The notes under the pieces: generated by a model | What the model was told of the DNA's origin: nothing | Seen by the model: only the letters and a program-made list of their open reading frames with translations | Database searches by the model: none | Program-made: the position numbers and the translations under genes | Shown: positions 36,609 through 47,229 of the stretch, one piece after another | How the letters are laid out: each line of letters opens with the position of its first letter | Numbering within the stretch: the first letter of the stretch is position 1 | Assembly: GCF_036480315.1 (NCBI RefSeq) | Contig: NZ_JAZGGG010000020.1 | Location: 42,443-106,442 of the forward strand | Length of the DNA: 64,000 bases | DNA from: Polaribacter sp. | GTDB lineage: Bacteria; Bacteroidota; Bacteroidia; Flavobacteriales; Flavobacteriaceae | Direction: 5' to 3'

Positions 36609-38699
36609 CTAGTTAGTTACGTACATATTAGCTCTGTTATCTTCTATGTTAGAAGCTTTTTTAATTGCTTCATACATTTTAAAAGTCAATCTTTTTCTAC
36701 CTTCAGAAATCGTCTTTCTTTTAGTTTCATAATTTGGTAAAGCAGTTGGCAATTCTTTATTTGTTAAAGAAAAAGCATATACTCCTCTACTACCTACTAC
36801 ATTTGTATAAACTTTGTTTAATTCTGCATTAAACATTGCTCCAACAACTTTAGGTTCTGAACCAGCACCTGCTAAAGTAGGGCTTTGTAAAGTAATTCCA
36901 TTTGCATTTCTAACTGTTGTATTGTTAGCTTTTGCAATATCTTCTAAAGAGCTTCCTTTTAATTTTTCTGCTAATAATTTTGCTTTCTTTTCATTTAATA
37001 AAATTGGCCTAACTCTATTTGTAGCTTTAGCTGCAGACATTAACCCTTTTTCTGTATTACCAGTTAGAAAAGCAACTACATGGTTACCTTCTAAATCGAA
37101 ACGTTTAAAACTTCCTCTTTCTGTATCATTATTAAAAGCCCAAGTTATAATTTGTCTTTGATTTCCTAAACCAGGAACACTTTCATCTAATACTTTTAAA
37201 CCTACAACAGGTTTAGCTGTATAATTATTCTCTTTTGCAACATCAAAAAACTTTTGATGTTTAGAAACTTCTAAAGCAAATTGCTCTGCCTTTTGAAAAA
37301 CTGCATTTTCTGTAGCTTCAGATGGTACAATTTGTTTACCATAAGTTGCTAATTTTAATACTGTTTGATTGTTTTTTTGATCATCAATTTTAACAACATG
37401 AAAACCGAAAGGTGTTTTTACAACATCTATGGCTCCTTTATTTGAAGTAAAAGAGAAATCTCTAAAAGCTGGTGTCATTCTATTGTAGTTAAACCAATCT
37501 AACTCACCACCTTTTGAAGCATTTGAATTATCCGAAGAAAAATCTTTTGCTAAATCTGCAAATTTTCTTTTATTTCTTTTTACAACAGTTAAAATACTAT
37601 CTGCTAAATTTTTTGCTTCTTCTTCTGTTCTAGTAATATCTGGAGTTGCTCTTTGTGCACCAACAAAAGGAATTAAAATATGACTTGCTTTTACAGAATC
37701 TGGCATTTTAATAACCTCAACAATTTTAGATACTTTAAAATATCCTTTGTCTTTGTATGGTCCAAAAACATCTCCTTTAGATCCTTCAAAAATATTTGAG
37801 GCTACAGTTTGATTTACTAAATTTTTATATTTAAAACCTAAATCTAATTTTATATCGGAATCATTTTCACTTAAAAATTCAGTATCATTTGTTGAAGTTT
37901 TAAAATCTTCAATTAATGTAGCAACATTGTTTTTAATTGCAGTTTCATCTTCTGGTGTTGCAACAATATCGAATTTTACATAAGAAATATCTCTTGATGC
38001 ATCTACCTTAAAAGTAGAAGGATTTGCTTTTACATATGCTTCAACTTCAGATTTAGAAATTGTAACTAAACTGTCTTTAATAGTAGTATAAGGTACAAAT
38101 ACAAATTGAGAATTTAACTTTGTATTCTCTATAAAGTATTCTGCTTCGCCTTCTTTTAAAGAAGCTCCTAAACCTGCAGTCACTAAATTGTTATATGTAT
38201 TTCTTTCTGCGTTGTCTCTAATTTGATTCATGTAATTAGACCAAGCAGACCACTTTTCTGTATTATTTTCTTTAGTATCTGCTAAAAATTGTTTGAATTT
38301 TGTTTCATCAAACAAACCCGCTTCATTTAAAAACTGTGGATTACTTTTTACAGAAGGAGCGTTTAAAACTTCGTTCCAAACATCTGCTTCACCAACAGTA
38401 ATTCCTGCTTCAGATAACTGATTTTGGTAGATTTTTTTTCTTACAATGTTATCCCAAACAGTTTTAGTTGCTTGCATATCAGAAACTCTACTACCAGCTT
38501 GTTGCTTATAGGCGTCTACCGCTGTTGCAAATTCTTGTCTAGAAACTGTTTCGCCATTGATTTCTCCTATTTCGTTTACTTTATTAGAACTAAAAAAGTC
38601 ACCTAAAGTAGAAGGGTCTAATACAAAAGCAAAAAGTGCTAAACCAATTATGATGATTAAGAACATTGAACGTTCTCTAATTTTCGATAAAATTGCCAT
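36609..38699 (-). CDS. SurA/PpiD-type peptidylprolyl isomerase
   Basis: MAILSKIRER TM anchor, parvulin domain (ASHILI, GGELDWF, PFGFHVV). Confidence 0.92.
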   Translation of the reverse strand: MAILSKIRERSMFLIIIIGLALFAFVLDPSTLGDFFSSNKVNEIGEINGETVSRQEFATAVDAYKQQAGSRVSDMQATKTVWDNIVRKKIYQNQLSEAGITVGEADVWNEVLNAPSVKSNPQFLNEAGLFDETKFKQFLADTKENNTEKWSAWSNYMNQIRDNAERNTYNNLVTAGLGASLKEGEAEYFIENTKLNSQFVFVPYTTIKDSLVTISKSEVEAYVKANPSTFKVDASRDISYVKFDIVATPEDETAIKNNVATLIEDFKTSTNDTEFLSENDSDIKLDLGFKYKNLVNQTVASNIFEGSKGDVFGPYKDKGYFKVSKIVEVIKMPDSVKASHILIPFVGAQRATPDITRTEEEAKNLADSILTVVKRNKRKFADLAKDFSSDNSNASKGGELDWFNYNRMTPAFRDFSFTSNKGAIDVVKTPFGFHVVKIDDQKNNQTVLKLATYGKQIVPSEATENAVFQKAEQFALEVSKHQKFFDVAKENNYTAKPVVGLKVLDESVPGLGNQRQIITWAFNNDTERGSFKRFDLEGNHVVAFLTGNTEKGLMSAAKATNRVRPILLNEKKAKLLAEKLKGSSLEDIAKANNTTVRNANGITLQSPTLAGAGSEPKVVGAMFNAELNKVYTNVVGSRGVYAFSLTNKELPTALPNYETKRKTISEGRKRLTFKMYEAIKKASNIEDNRANMYVTN

Positions 38700-38820
38700 A
38701 CGTTTTTATTTAATTTCAGTTGGCGAATATACGATTTGGGTTTTAATATTGCAACCCATTTTTTACTTATTAGCAGTAAGTTTTTTGGTATTTTAAAGGA
38801 AGTAAAATAATAGTTTGTTT

Positions 38821-40086
38821 TTAATCTTCTTTATCGGTAATTTTAAAAGAAACTTCGTCAATTTTGGCACTACTCATTTTTAAAATTTTAATTTCAAAAT
38901 CTTCAATATAAACCACCTCTTCTTGTGCTGGTATATTTTCTGTATAATCAATAATAAAACCACCTAAAGTTTCATAAGCTTCAGACTTTGGTATATTTAA
39001 ATCATACTCTTCATTTAGATGATCGACCTCTAATCTTGCTGAAAATTTGTATTCAGTTTCACTTATTTTCTCTTCTAAAAAATCTTGAACATCATGTTCA
39101 TCTTCGATTTCACCAAATAATTCTTCAACAATATCTTCAACTGTAATCATTCCTGAAGTTCCTCCATATTCATCAACTACAACAGCTACACTTTTCCTTT
39201 TCTTCATTAAGCCGTTTAAAACATCATTAATCATCATAGATTCTGGCACAATCTCTACAGGTAATAGAATCGATTTTATTGTTTTGGGTTTTTTAAATAA
39301 CTCAAAAGCATTTACATAACCAATAACATCGTCTAGAGAGGTTTTATAAACCAAGACTTTAGATAAACCCGTTTCTATAAATATATTCCTTAAGTTTACA
39401 ACATTCTCATGAATTTCTACAGCAACAATTTCTGTTCTTGGCACCATTACTTCTCTTGCCTTTACATTATGAAACTCTAATGCATTTTGAAAAATCTGAA
39501 TTTCAGAATCCATTTCATCATCATCACTTCCTGTTTCTAACTGCTCTGTTATATAATTACCTAATTCTTCTTTACTAAATTCAGTTTGTTGCTCGTCTGC
39601 ATTTGTTTTGAAAAAAATACGGAGAAAAAAATCTGAAATCAGAGTTATAAACTCTGAAACAAAATGAAATAGAATGTAAAAGAAGTACGCTGGTAAAGCA
39701 AATATTTTTAGTACTTCATTAGCATAAATTCTAAAAATTGCTTTTGGTAAAAACTCGGCAGTCACCAGAATAACAATTGTAGAAATTATAGTTTGAATTA
39801 ATAAAATAGAAAAATCGTTAAAACTATCTAAAGGAAGAGTTCTAGTAAGAAACCCGCCCATGTAATAACTATAAATTACCAAAGAAATATTATTACCCAC
39901 TAACATTGTGGTAATAAATTTAGAGGATTTTTGAGTAATTTTATTTAAGATTTGAGGAATAAAACCTTCACGTTTTTTCTCTAACTCAATATGGAGTTTG
40001 TTGGCAGATACAAAAGCAATTTCCATTCCCGAAAAAAATGCGGAAAGTAGAATGGATATAATTATTATAATAAGTTCAATTTCCAT
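38821..40086 (-). CDS. Hemolysin family CNNM/CBS/CorC protein
   Basis: AFFSGMEIAF, AEFLPK, MVPRTEI, VDEYGGTSG, ETLGGF. Confidence 0.92.
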   Translation of the reverse strand: MEIELIIIIISILLSAFFSGMEIAFVSANKLHIELEKKREGFIPQILNKITQKSSKFITTMLVGNNISLVIYSYYMGGFLTRTLPLDSFNDFSILLIQTIISTIVILVTAEFLPKAIFRIYANEVLKIFALPAYFFYILFHFVSEFITLISDFFLRIFFKTNADEQQTEFSKEELGNYITEQLETGSDDDEMDSEIQIFQNALEFHNVKAREVMVPRTEIVAVEIHENVVNLRNIFIETGLSKVLVYKTSLDDVIGYVNAFELFKKPKTIKSILLPVEIVPESMMINDVLNGLMKKRKSVAVVVDEYGGTSGMITVEDIVEELFGEIEDEHDVQDFLEEKISETEYKFSARLEVDHLNEEYDLNIPKSEAYETLGGFIIDYTENIPAQEEVVYIEDFEIKILKMSSAKIDEVSFKITDKED

Positions 40087-40100
40087 TAAGAAATCTATTG

Positions 40101-40301
40101 CTATTTATTTTGATTGTTTCTTTGCTCAACTTTTTTTCTAAAATGTCTTTTAAAGAAAAATACTAAAGTAATAAAAAAAGCAAAACCAAGAAATAAATAA
40201 GCTTTTGACCTATCGTCGTTCCAACGAATTACGCCCTCAATTAAACATATTATTGCTACCATTAAGTATCCGTACTGAAAAAATTTCCAAATTTTATTCA
40301 T
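40101..40301 (-). CDS. Small hypothetical membrane protein
   Basis: 66 aa, 2 TM helices, sits in the operon. Confidence 0.7.
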   Translation of the reverse strand: MNKIWKFFQYGYLMVAIICLIEGVIRWNDDRSKAYLFLGFAFFITLVFFFKRHFRKKVEQRNNQNK

Positions 40302-40308
40302 AATAATA

Positions 40309-40872
40309 TTATTCTGTTGTTTCTAATTTCCCTGTTGTTTTTCTTGCCAAATGTTTACTCAAGTCTTCTTTACTTTCAAAACCGATTCCATAAATAGTAT
40401 CTTTTTGAGTTGTTAAAGTAAATGCTTTTTCAGAAAAAAAATATTTTGTATTTTGATCCCAAAATAATTGTTCTGTTACTAATTTAGACTGCTCTGTATG
40501 ATTTAAAACCACAACATTACCTCTTATTTCTGCTACTTTTGTTTTATCATAAGAAAGCGAGTAATCACCAGAAATAGTTACAGAATCTAATCCGTTTTTG
40601 TCAAAATTCACAATCTTAATTCCTTTTGGAAACTCACTATAAGGGTGTTTTTTTCTATTACTAAAATCTAATCTTAAAGGAGTAATCAACTTAGAAGTTA
40701 TTCTACCAGAATCCTTGTAAACATGATGAGCATTTTTAGCCGTACCAATTGGTAAATTCTTGGAAGCTAGAAAATCTCTAACTTGTTGTGTATTGTTCGA
40801 GCAAGAAAAAAGCATTACCGTTACCAAAGTAACAGTAATGCTTTTTAAAAATATTTGTATCTTGTTTTTCAC
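40309..40872 (-). CDS. lptC: LPS export ABC transporter periplasmic protein LptC
   Basis: Lipobox, FPKGI, LVTEQLFWDQ, YGIGFES. Confidence 0.85.
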   Translation of the reverse strand: MKNKIQIFLKSITVTLVTVMLFSCSNNTQQVRDFLASKNLPIGTAKNAHHVYKDSGRITSKLITPLRLDFSNRKKHPYSEFPKGIKIVNFDKNGLDSVTISGDYSLSYDKTKVAEIRGNVVVLNHTEQSKLVTEQLFWDQNTKYFFSEKAFTLTTQKDTIYGIGFESKEDLSKHLARKTTGKLETTE

Positions 40873-40876
40873 TAAA

Positions 40877-42196
40877 TTATTTAGATGGTACTCTTACAGT
40901 TTCTCCAATCCAACATTTAATTGTGTATTTACTTCCTGGGTTTACACCAGCAGTAAAAATTACTTTTTGACTTGGTACATTTCCTCTATAACTTCTAATA
41001 TATTTTCTCGCTGTTGCAGAAATACTTGGATCTACAGATGCTGCTCTTTGTGCTTTATTTAAAGCTGCAACATATACCATTCTTTTTTCAAATTCACTTT
41101 TACCACAATTATTTACACTTCCTTGGTATAATCTAGCAATAAATAAATATGCTTTACCATAATTAGGATTATAACCTATTGCTTCTCTAGCAATACTTCT
41201 AGCTCTAGATAACTGACCTCTATCTTTAGCAGCTTGAGCGAATTTCATTTTTATCTTTGCTTTCTTTAATGGATCAGTTTCTAAATTGAATGACTTTTCT
41301 CTCATTGCTGTAGCACCTGCTGCATCATTATTGTCTTCTAAAACATTTGCTAAAAATGCGTATGCTTCCGGTGATGGAGAAGCTTCTGCGTAAGCTTTAA
41401 CTAACACTGCATAAAAAGGGTCTGCTTGGCATCCTTTGTTAAACATTCTAGAAACCGCTCTCTTTAACCAAACTGCATTTGTTTTATTTGCTTCAATATC
41501 TCTTTTATATAATGGCACTAACCTTTCACAAGTTGCAATACTAGATATAATAGCATCTAAACCTCCTTCTACAGCACCTGATGCTCTTGAATTTGTAGAA
41601 TACAAATGTATTTTTTTCTTATTAGCTATAGTATCTTTTCTTAACTCTTTTAATTTAGCAGCATAACCATCTAATTTTTTACCAATAGACTCAAGAACAT
41701 CATCATAAGTATCAAAAACTTTTTGTGGGTTTGCATCTTTATTTCTATCTGTTACTCCTTGAAAATATAAAAATAGGTTTTTAACTCCCATTTTTGTTGG
41801 GTCTATTGAATATCCTTTTTCTAAAATCGCAAAAACTTCATCATCAGATGCTAATTTGTTTTTTGACAAATAAGTAGCATAATCACTATGTACTTTTGCT
41901 GGATTTTTTTTAGGAAAATATTGCAATCTTTGTTCATAAACTCTTTTTGCTAAAGCTGGTTCTTTTCTAACTTTTTCCGCAAGTTTTGATCCAAATTTGT
42001 AAATATTTACAGATAAATCTTTACAATTATCCATTAAATAAATCCAATTTGTATAAGCATCTTCATACTTTTTAGATTGAAAGTCTCCTTTAAAAAGGTT
42101 ATACTTAATTGTACAGTCTCTCTTTGCGTCCTGAGCATTTGTTTTTGCTGATGCTAATAATAACACTGCAGCTAGTAAAAACGTAATTTTCTTCAT
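40877..42196 (-). CDS. Tetratricopeptide repeat protein (exported)
   Basis: Signal peptide, helical repeats, C-terminal CWIGETVRVP. Confidence 0.8.
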   Translation of the reverse strand: MKKITFLLAAVLLLASAKTNAQDAKRDCTIKYNLFKGDFQSKKYEDAYTNWIYLMDNCKDLSVNIYKFGSKLAEKVRKEPALAKRVYEQRLQYFPKKNPAKVHSDYATYLSKNKLASDDEVFAILEKGYSIDPTKMGVKNLFLYFQGVTDRNKDANPQKVFDTYDDVLESIGKKLDGYAAKLKELRKDTIANKKKIHLYSTNSRASGAVEGGLDAIISSIATCERLVPLYKRDIEANKTNAVWLKRAVSRMFNKGCQADPFYAVLVKAYAEASPSPEAYAFLANVLEDNNDAAGATAMREKSFNLETDPLKKAKIKMKFAQAAKDRGQLSRARSIAREAIGYNPNYGKAYLFIARLYQGSVNNCGKSEFEKRMVYVAALNKAQRAASVDPSISATARKYIRSYRGNVPSQKVIFTAGVNPGSKYTIKCWIGETVRVPSK

Positions 42197-42212
42197 TTTG
42201 TTAGTTTTTTAA

Positions 42213-43502
42213 TTAATCAATTTTTCTTTTTTTGAACCAATTGACATCTGTCAAAGATAAACTTAATCTAAAGTTAAAATAATTTTCTTGAATTAAATTA
42301 TTATTAGTGGTTCCTCTTTTACCAAATTCGAACCCCATATTTACATTTGACAATTGTTTCAATGGTAAACCTAAACCAAAAGATATGCCAAAGTCATCAA
42401 TTGGAGTAAAATTTGTACCAACTCCTGTACCGTTAATTAACAAACCTGTCTTTTTAAAGCGCAATCCAGCTCTATAAGTAACTCTTTGCCAGTAACTTGA
42501 AATAGAATTTATTTTAGGAAGATAAAAACCACCTAAAGAAACTCTATTTGACTTTCCATATGAGTATACAGAACTTGTTGCATTTAAAAGACCAGATGTT
42601 TCTATTGCATCTTGATTTTCATACTCTAAACCAACATACCATTTATCTAACTCACCCAAACCTGCTCCAATTGTAGTTTTCAATGGAAGTTTATAATTTC
42701 CGTCAATAGTTTTGTTTGCTCTATAATCTCTAGGAATTTCACTTCCATTATTTGAAAAAGACAATGTATATTCTGATTCTGTACCAGTTACATTTAAATC
42801 ATTTCCAAATTTTAAAGTTGCACCAGCATTTAAAATAAGTTTATTTTTAAGCTCTTTCTGATATTGAGCACCAAAAGTAACAGAACCACCTCTTATATTA
42901 GTTGCTTCAGTATTTTTGGTTGCTAAAGTTGCACTTATTACTTGTTCTGTAACACTATTATCTATATTTCCAAACTTATAATCAGCTTCTAAACCTATAG
43001 ATAATTCTTTATTCAATTTAATACCAAAACTACCATAAATTCTATTTATACCACCGTCTCCCGAAAAAAGCGAAACTTTTGTAGTAGTACCAAATGCGTC
43101 TAAAGAAGAATTAGATAAAGAATAACCAACAGATGAAACTGGTTGTAAACCAACAGAAAAACCTGCTTTAGTTCCAATAGGGAAAGCAACCGCGACATAA
43201 CTTAAACTAGTTGTATTGGCATTTTCTTTTTTATTTCCATTATTTATAGTTAAGTTATTATTTAAAACCCCAAATGCGTATGTTGTGTATCTTAAGTTTG
43301 CATAAGCAGCAGGATTAGTGAAATTTAAATATTTGTAATGGTTAAAAGCAACTCCAATACCTCCCATACTACTTTGCTCTACTGTTTTTGAGCTAAATTC
43401 GTCTCCAAAACCAAAAAAAGAATATGGTGATGAATTTGTTCTCTGTGCCATTACAGTTACAGAAGTTATCAGCAAAAAAGCTACTAAAATCTTTCTAATC
43501 AT
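42213..43502 (-). CDS. Outer membrane beta-barrel protein (FadL/OMPP1-like)
   Basis: SSPYSFFGFG...SMGG, NPAAYA, amphipathic beta strands. Confidence 0.75.
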   Translation of the reverse strand: MIRKILVAFLLITSVTVMAQRTNSSPYSFFGFGDEFSSKTVEQSSMGGIGVAFNHYKYLNFTNPAAYANLRYTTYAFGVLNNNLTINNGNKKENANTTSLSYVAVAFPIGTKAGFSVGLQPVSSVGYSLSNSSLDAFGTTTKVSLFSGDGGINRIYGSFGIKLNKELSIGLEADYKFGNIDNSVTEQVISATLATKNTEATNIRGGSVTFGAQYQKELKNKLILNAGATLKFGNDLNVTGTESEYTLSFSNNGSEIPRDYRANKTIDGNYKLPLKTTIGAGLGELDKWYVGLEYENQDAIETSGLLNATSSVYSYGKSNRVSLGGFYLPKINSISSYWQRVTYRAGLRFKKTGLLINGTGVGTNFTPIDDFGISFGLGLPLKQLSNVNMGFEFGKRGTTNNNLIQENYFNFRLSLSLTDVNWFKKRKID

Positions 43503-44227
43503 TTGTTTTCGTTAAATATCAATAATTGATTTAATCCTTGAAGGAGAAAATTTTGATTGGCAAATATGCTACTTTTTAATTGTTTTGACAAGAAATTTGT
43601 ATCTCCTCCTGTTAAAACAACTGTTAAATCGCCATATTTCTCTTTGTAATCTAAAATTACACCGTCTAACTCCTTTGTAACTCCATTTATAACACCAGAA
43701 TGCATGCTTTCTTCCGTAGACTTTCCTACAAAATAATTAATCTCTTTTTTATCTAATAACGGTAATTTAGCTGTAAATTTATTTAGAGCTTTATATCTCA
43801 AATTTATTCCTGGTGAAATTGCTCCTCCAAGATATTCTTTTTTACTATTGACAAAATCAAAAGTTATACAAGTACCAGCATCTATAACTAATACATTTTT
43901 GTTAGAATATATTTTTACAGCACCAGAAACCAAAGCAATTCTATCTACACCTAAAGTAGTTGGAGTTTTATATAAATTGACAAAAGGGACTTTTGTGGTT
44001 GATGAAACTCGCGTTAATTTGATTAAATTCTGAAGCTTTTGTACCTTTTTTTCTGAAATAGAAGCAACACTAGACAAGATTCCTTTAGAAATTTTATATT
44101 TTTTGATTATTTTCTTTAATTCTGATAAAATTATTCTCTTATTAAAAACAACAGAAAAAACAATCCTATCAAGCTCAAAAACAGCAACCTTAACACTCGT
44201 ATTACCAACGTCTACAATTAGATTCAT
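43499..44227 (-). CDS. coaX: Type III pantothenate kinase
   Basis: VDVGNT, GVDR, IDAGT, GGAISPG, LTGGD. Confidence 0.96.
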   Translation of the reverse strand: MNLIVDVGNTSVKVAVFELDRIVFSVVFNKRIILSELKKIIKKYKISKGILSSVASISEKKVQKLQNLIKLTRVSSTTKVPFVNLYKTPTTLGVDRIALVSGAVKIYSNKNVLVIDAGTCITFDFVNSKKEYLGGAISPGINLRYKALNKFTAKLPLLDKKEINYFVGKSTEESMHSGVINGVTKELDGVILDYKEKYGDLTVVLTGGDTNFLSKQLKSSIFANQNFLLQGLNQLLIFNENK

Positions 44228-44302
44228 AAGTCTAAATTAAAAAAAAGTTAAAAATAAAATGTAATTTTTTTAAAAATGTTTAGCAAATATGAAAAAACAT
44301 TT

Positions 44303-44310
44303 TATATTTG
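44303..44310 (+). promoter_or_regulatory. Bacteroidetes -7 promoter element (TAnnTTTG) for the tRNA
   Basis: tatatttg 16 nt upstream of the tRNA. Confidence 0.7.
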
Positions 44311-44326
44311 CATCCGCTAACGCGAT

Positions 44327-44399
44327 GGTACCTTAGCTCAGTTGGTAGAGCAAAGGACTGAAAATCCTTGTGTCCCTGGTTCGATTCCTGGAGGTACCA
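44327..44399 (+). tRNA. tRNA-Phe(GAA)
   Basis: GGTACCTTAGCTCAGTTGGTAGAGC...anticodon stem aagga/tcctt, loop CTGAAAA...GGTTCGATTCC...GGTACCA; 73 nt, CCA not encoded. Confidence 0.98.
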
Positions 44400-44400
44400 C

Positions 44401-44431
44401 AAAAAAATCCGAACATTTGTTCGGATTTTTT
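44401..44431. terminator. Bidirectional terminator after tRNA-Phe and rluB
   Basis: aaaaaatccgaaca / tgttcggatttttt. Confidence 0.85.
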
Positions 44432-44446
44432 GTTTTATATAACTTC

Positions 44447-45283
44447 TTACTTCATCATTAATAAGTTGTTCAACTCCAAGCTTGTAAGCTCCCTCCACCT
44501 TCCTCTTGGCAAATTTTTCTTTGTTAATTCAGCAAAGATTACTCTATCTAATTTACTTACTTTATATCCTAAATGTTCGAATATTTTACGAACAATCCTA
44601 TTTCTACCAGAATGAATCTCTATTCCTACCTCTGATTTTGGTTGTCCATCTACATAAGAAATTGCATCAATAAATACTTTTCTACCTTCAATAATTACAT
44701 CTCCACGTAATTTTTCTAAATCTTTTAAATCTAGTTTTCTATCTAAAGAAGCGTGGTATAATTTGCGTACGTTGTGTTTTGGGTGCGTTAATTTCTTTGC
44801 TAAATCTCCATCATTAGTAAACAACAATAAACCTGTTGTATTTCTATCTAAACGCCCTACCGGATAAATACGTTCTTTAGATGCGTTAGAAACTAGGTCC
44901 ATAACTGTTTTCCTACCACGTTCATCGTCCATTGTAGTAATATAGTTTTTTGGCTTATTTAAAAGAATATATCTTTTTTGTTCTGGAGTAATTGATGTTC
45001 CATCAAACTTTACAATATCATCTGGTTGCACTTTGTACCCCATTTCTGTTACCAACTTTCCGTTTACCTCTACACTACCATGTTCAATATAAGTGTCTGC
45101 TTCTCTACGAGAACAAACACCAGAATTGGCAATATATTTATTTAAACGAACTCCAGCAGATTCATCAGATTTTGGAGTTGGCATTGGTTTTTTAAAGTCT
45201 TTTTTCAGACTTTTTCTACTTAATGGTGTACTACTTTTTTTACCTTCTTGTCGTCCTCTCGACGAGTTTCTATTTGAATTCAT
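44447..45283 (-). CDS. rluB: 23S rRNA pseudouridine synthase, RluB/RsuA family
   Basis: S4 domain (RLNKYIANSGVCSRREAD), VGRLDRNTTGLL, GRNRIVR. Confidence 0.9.
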   Translation of the reverse strand: MNSNRNSSRGRQEGKKSSTPLSRKSLKKDFKKPMPTPKSDESAGVRLNKYIANSGVCSRREADTYIEHGSVEVNGKLVTEMGYKVQPDDIVKFDGTSITPEQKRYILLNKPKNYITTMDDERGRKTVMDLVSNASKERIYPVGRLDRNTTGLLLFTNDGDLAKKLTHPKHNVRKLYHASLDRKLDLKDLEKLRGDVIIEGRKVFIDAISYVDGQPKSEVGIEIHSGRNRIVRKIFEHLGYKVSKLDRVIFAELTKKNLPRGRWRELTSLELNNLLMMK

Positions 45284-45322
45284 TTAAAAAAATTTTATGC
45301 AAAGGTACTCAAATAGAAGATT

Positions 45323-46240
45323 TTAATTCAATCTATCTATTACTTTTTCAACAATTAGAGAAGTATCAATAAAAACTAAACAGAACACACCAATTAAAAG
45401 TAGTAATTTTAAAATATTATGTAATATTCTATATTGATTTCTTGTTTTTGATTTCCACAGATAGAAGCCAATAAAAATTAATATAATCATGGCAAAATAG
45501 AAGTAATAACGCATATAACTTAATGCAGGGTAACTAAACAAGACTGCAACAGGAAAAAGCGTTAAAATCAATAGTAGAATTGATAGTTTTTTAGTCATTA
45601 ACTCTCCATACGCAACAGAAAAAGTAATATAATTATTTGCTATTGCTCCTTTTATATTTTCTAACTCTTTAATTAATTCCCTTACCATGATTACTAAAAT
45701 AAGAAAAACAGCGTGCACAAAAATTATTTTAGAAAAATTTCCGTAATAAACAAAAACAGCAAAAAAAGGAGAAACGGTTAATATTGTTGCAGATATTAAA
45801 CCGGTAAATGGGTGCTTTTTTAGTTTATGAGAGTAAAACCAGATAGCAAAAATATAAAGTGCAAAAAACAAGGCTGCTCTCCAAGAAATTAAAATACCAA
45901 ATATGAAGCCTAAAAAATTTAAGAAAAAATAAAGAGATAATTTTGTTTCTTGTTTCACTAAATTATCTAAACCTGTTTTCACGGGTCTATTAATTCGATC
46001 TACTTTAGCATCATAAAAATTGTTAACTATATAACCTGCTGCAACTACACAAATTGAAGCTACAACTATGTACAACAAATGCAAATCAAAAATAACTTCT
46101 CTAATAGATTTTCCTTTTGAAAAGATGAAGATAGAAGCTAAATATTGCGCTGCTACTAATACAAGAATATTATACCCTCTAATAACTGATAATAGGCTTA
46201 ATATTTTATAAATTATTCTTTTTACTCTAAAGGAAGTCAT
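45323..46240 (-). CDS. UbiA family prenyltransferase (DGGGP synthase-like)
   Basis: NNFYDAKVDRINRP first Asp-rich motif; multiple TM helices. Confidence 0.9.
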   Translation of the reverse strand: MTSFRVKRIIYKILSLLSVIRGYNILVLVAAQYLASIFIFSKGKSIREVIFDLHLLYIVVASICVVAAGYIVNNFYDAKVDRINRPVKTGLDNLVKQETKLSLYFFLNFLGFIFGILISWRAALFFALYIFAIWFYSHKLKKHPFTGLISATILTVSPFFAVFVYYGNFSKIIFVHAVFLILVIMVRELIKELENIKGAIANNYITFSVAYGELMTKKLSILLLILTLFPVAVLFSYPALSYMRYYFYFAMIILIFIGFYLWKSKTRNQYRILHNILKLLLLIGVFCLVFIDTSLIVEKVIDRLN

Positions 46241-46249
46241 AAAGATTTT

Positions 46250-47176
46250 TTAGAACCTGTAAACCAATTCTAACTTATAATCCTTTAAACTTTGTTGTGC
46301 TTTTTGATAATCTTCTGTAAAGCCTAAAATATAGCCTCCACCACCAGAACCACAAAGTTTTAAATAATAATCATTGGTTTTAATTCCTTTTTCCCAAACT
46401 TTATGAAAAGCAGGAGGAATCATTGGTTTAAAGTTTTTTAGTACAATTTTAGACAAACTTTTTACGTTGCCAAAAAGAGAAGTTACATTTCCTTGTAAAA
46501 AATCTTCAATACAAGCGTCTGTATATGTTGCAAATTCTTCACTAATCATTTTTCTGAAACCTTCGTTTTTCATCTTATTCATAAAGATGTTAACCATAGG
46601 TTCAGTTTCACCAACTTGTTCAGAGTCTAATAGAAAAACTGCACCTTTTCCTTCTTTTTGAGATGGAATACCAGCAGGCTCTATATTTGTTTTCGAATTG
46701 ATTAAAATCGGTAAACTTAAATAACTATTTAAAGGATCTAAACCAGAACTTTTTCCATGGAAAAAAGATTCCATTATTGAAAAAATTTCTTTTAATTTTA
46801 GTAATTTCTCTCTTGTTAAATTTTCTAAAACAGTAATTTTATCAGCAGCATATTTATCATAAATAGAAGCTACTAAAGCACCAGAACTACCAACTCCATA
46901 ACCTTGAGGTATAGAGGAATCAAAATACATTCCGTTATCTACATCTTTTTTAAATTCCATTAAATTAAAAGAAACTAAATCAGTTTCTAAATTAGTTAAA
47001 TGATGGTAAAAACGTAATAAATTTTCGTTAGATTTTTTTGATGAATCTAATAAATTAGAAGATGTTTTTAATGCACCTCTGTAAGCGTTAAACGGAATCG
47101 CTAAACCTTTAGAATCTTTTATAATTCCGTACTCTCCAAAGAGAAGGATTTTAGCATAAAATAATGGTCCTTTCAT
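46250..47176 (-). CDS. mvk: Mevalonate kinase (GHMP)
   Basis: KILLFGEY, PQGYGVGSSGA, SSGLDP, KLCGSGGGG. Confidence 0.9.
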   Translation of the reverse strand: MKGPLFYAKILLFGEYGIIKDSKGLAIPFNAYRGALKTSSNLLDSSKKSNENLLRFYHHLTNLETDLVSFNLMEFKKDVDNGMYFDSSIPQGYGVGSSGALVASIYDKYAADKITVLENLTREKLLKLKEIFSIMESFFHGKSSGLDPLNSYLSLPILINSKTNIEPAGIPSQKEGKGAVFLLDSEQVGETEPMVNIFMNKMKNEGFRKMISEEFATYTDACIEDFLQGNVTSLFGNVKSLSKIVLKNFKPMIPPAFHKVWEKGIKTNDYYLKLCGSGGGGYILGFTEDYQKAQQSLKDYKLELVYRF

Positions 47177-47229
47177 TTTTCTTTTTATAGTACTGCAAAA
47201 ATACGATTTTTTATATTAAGAAGATGTTA

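Noticed and set aside
38821-40086. Calling the CBS protein GldE
   Set aside because: There is no adjacent gldD; the context (lptC, isomerase) fits the generic hemolysin/CorC paralog
44327-44446. tRNA-Phe as an island integration site
   Set aside because: No integrase or duplicated tRNA 3' end was seen; it is flanked by core genes
44280-44615. ORFs 44280-44498 and 44370-44615
   Set aside because: They overlap tRNA-Phe, its terminator and the end of rluB
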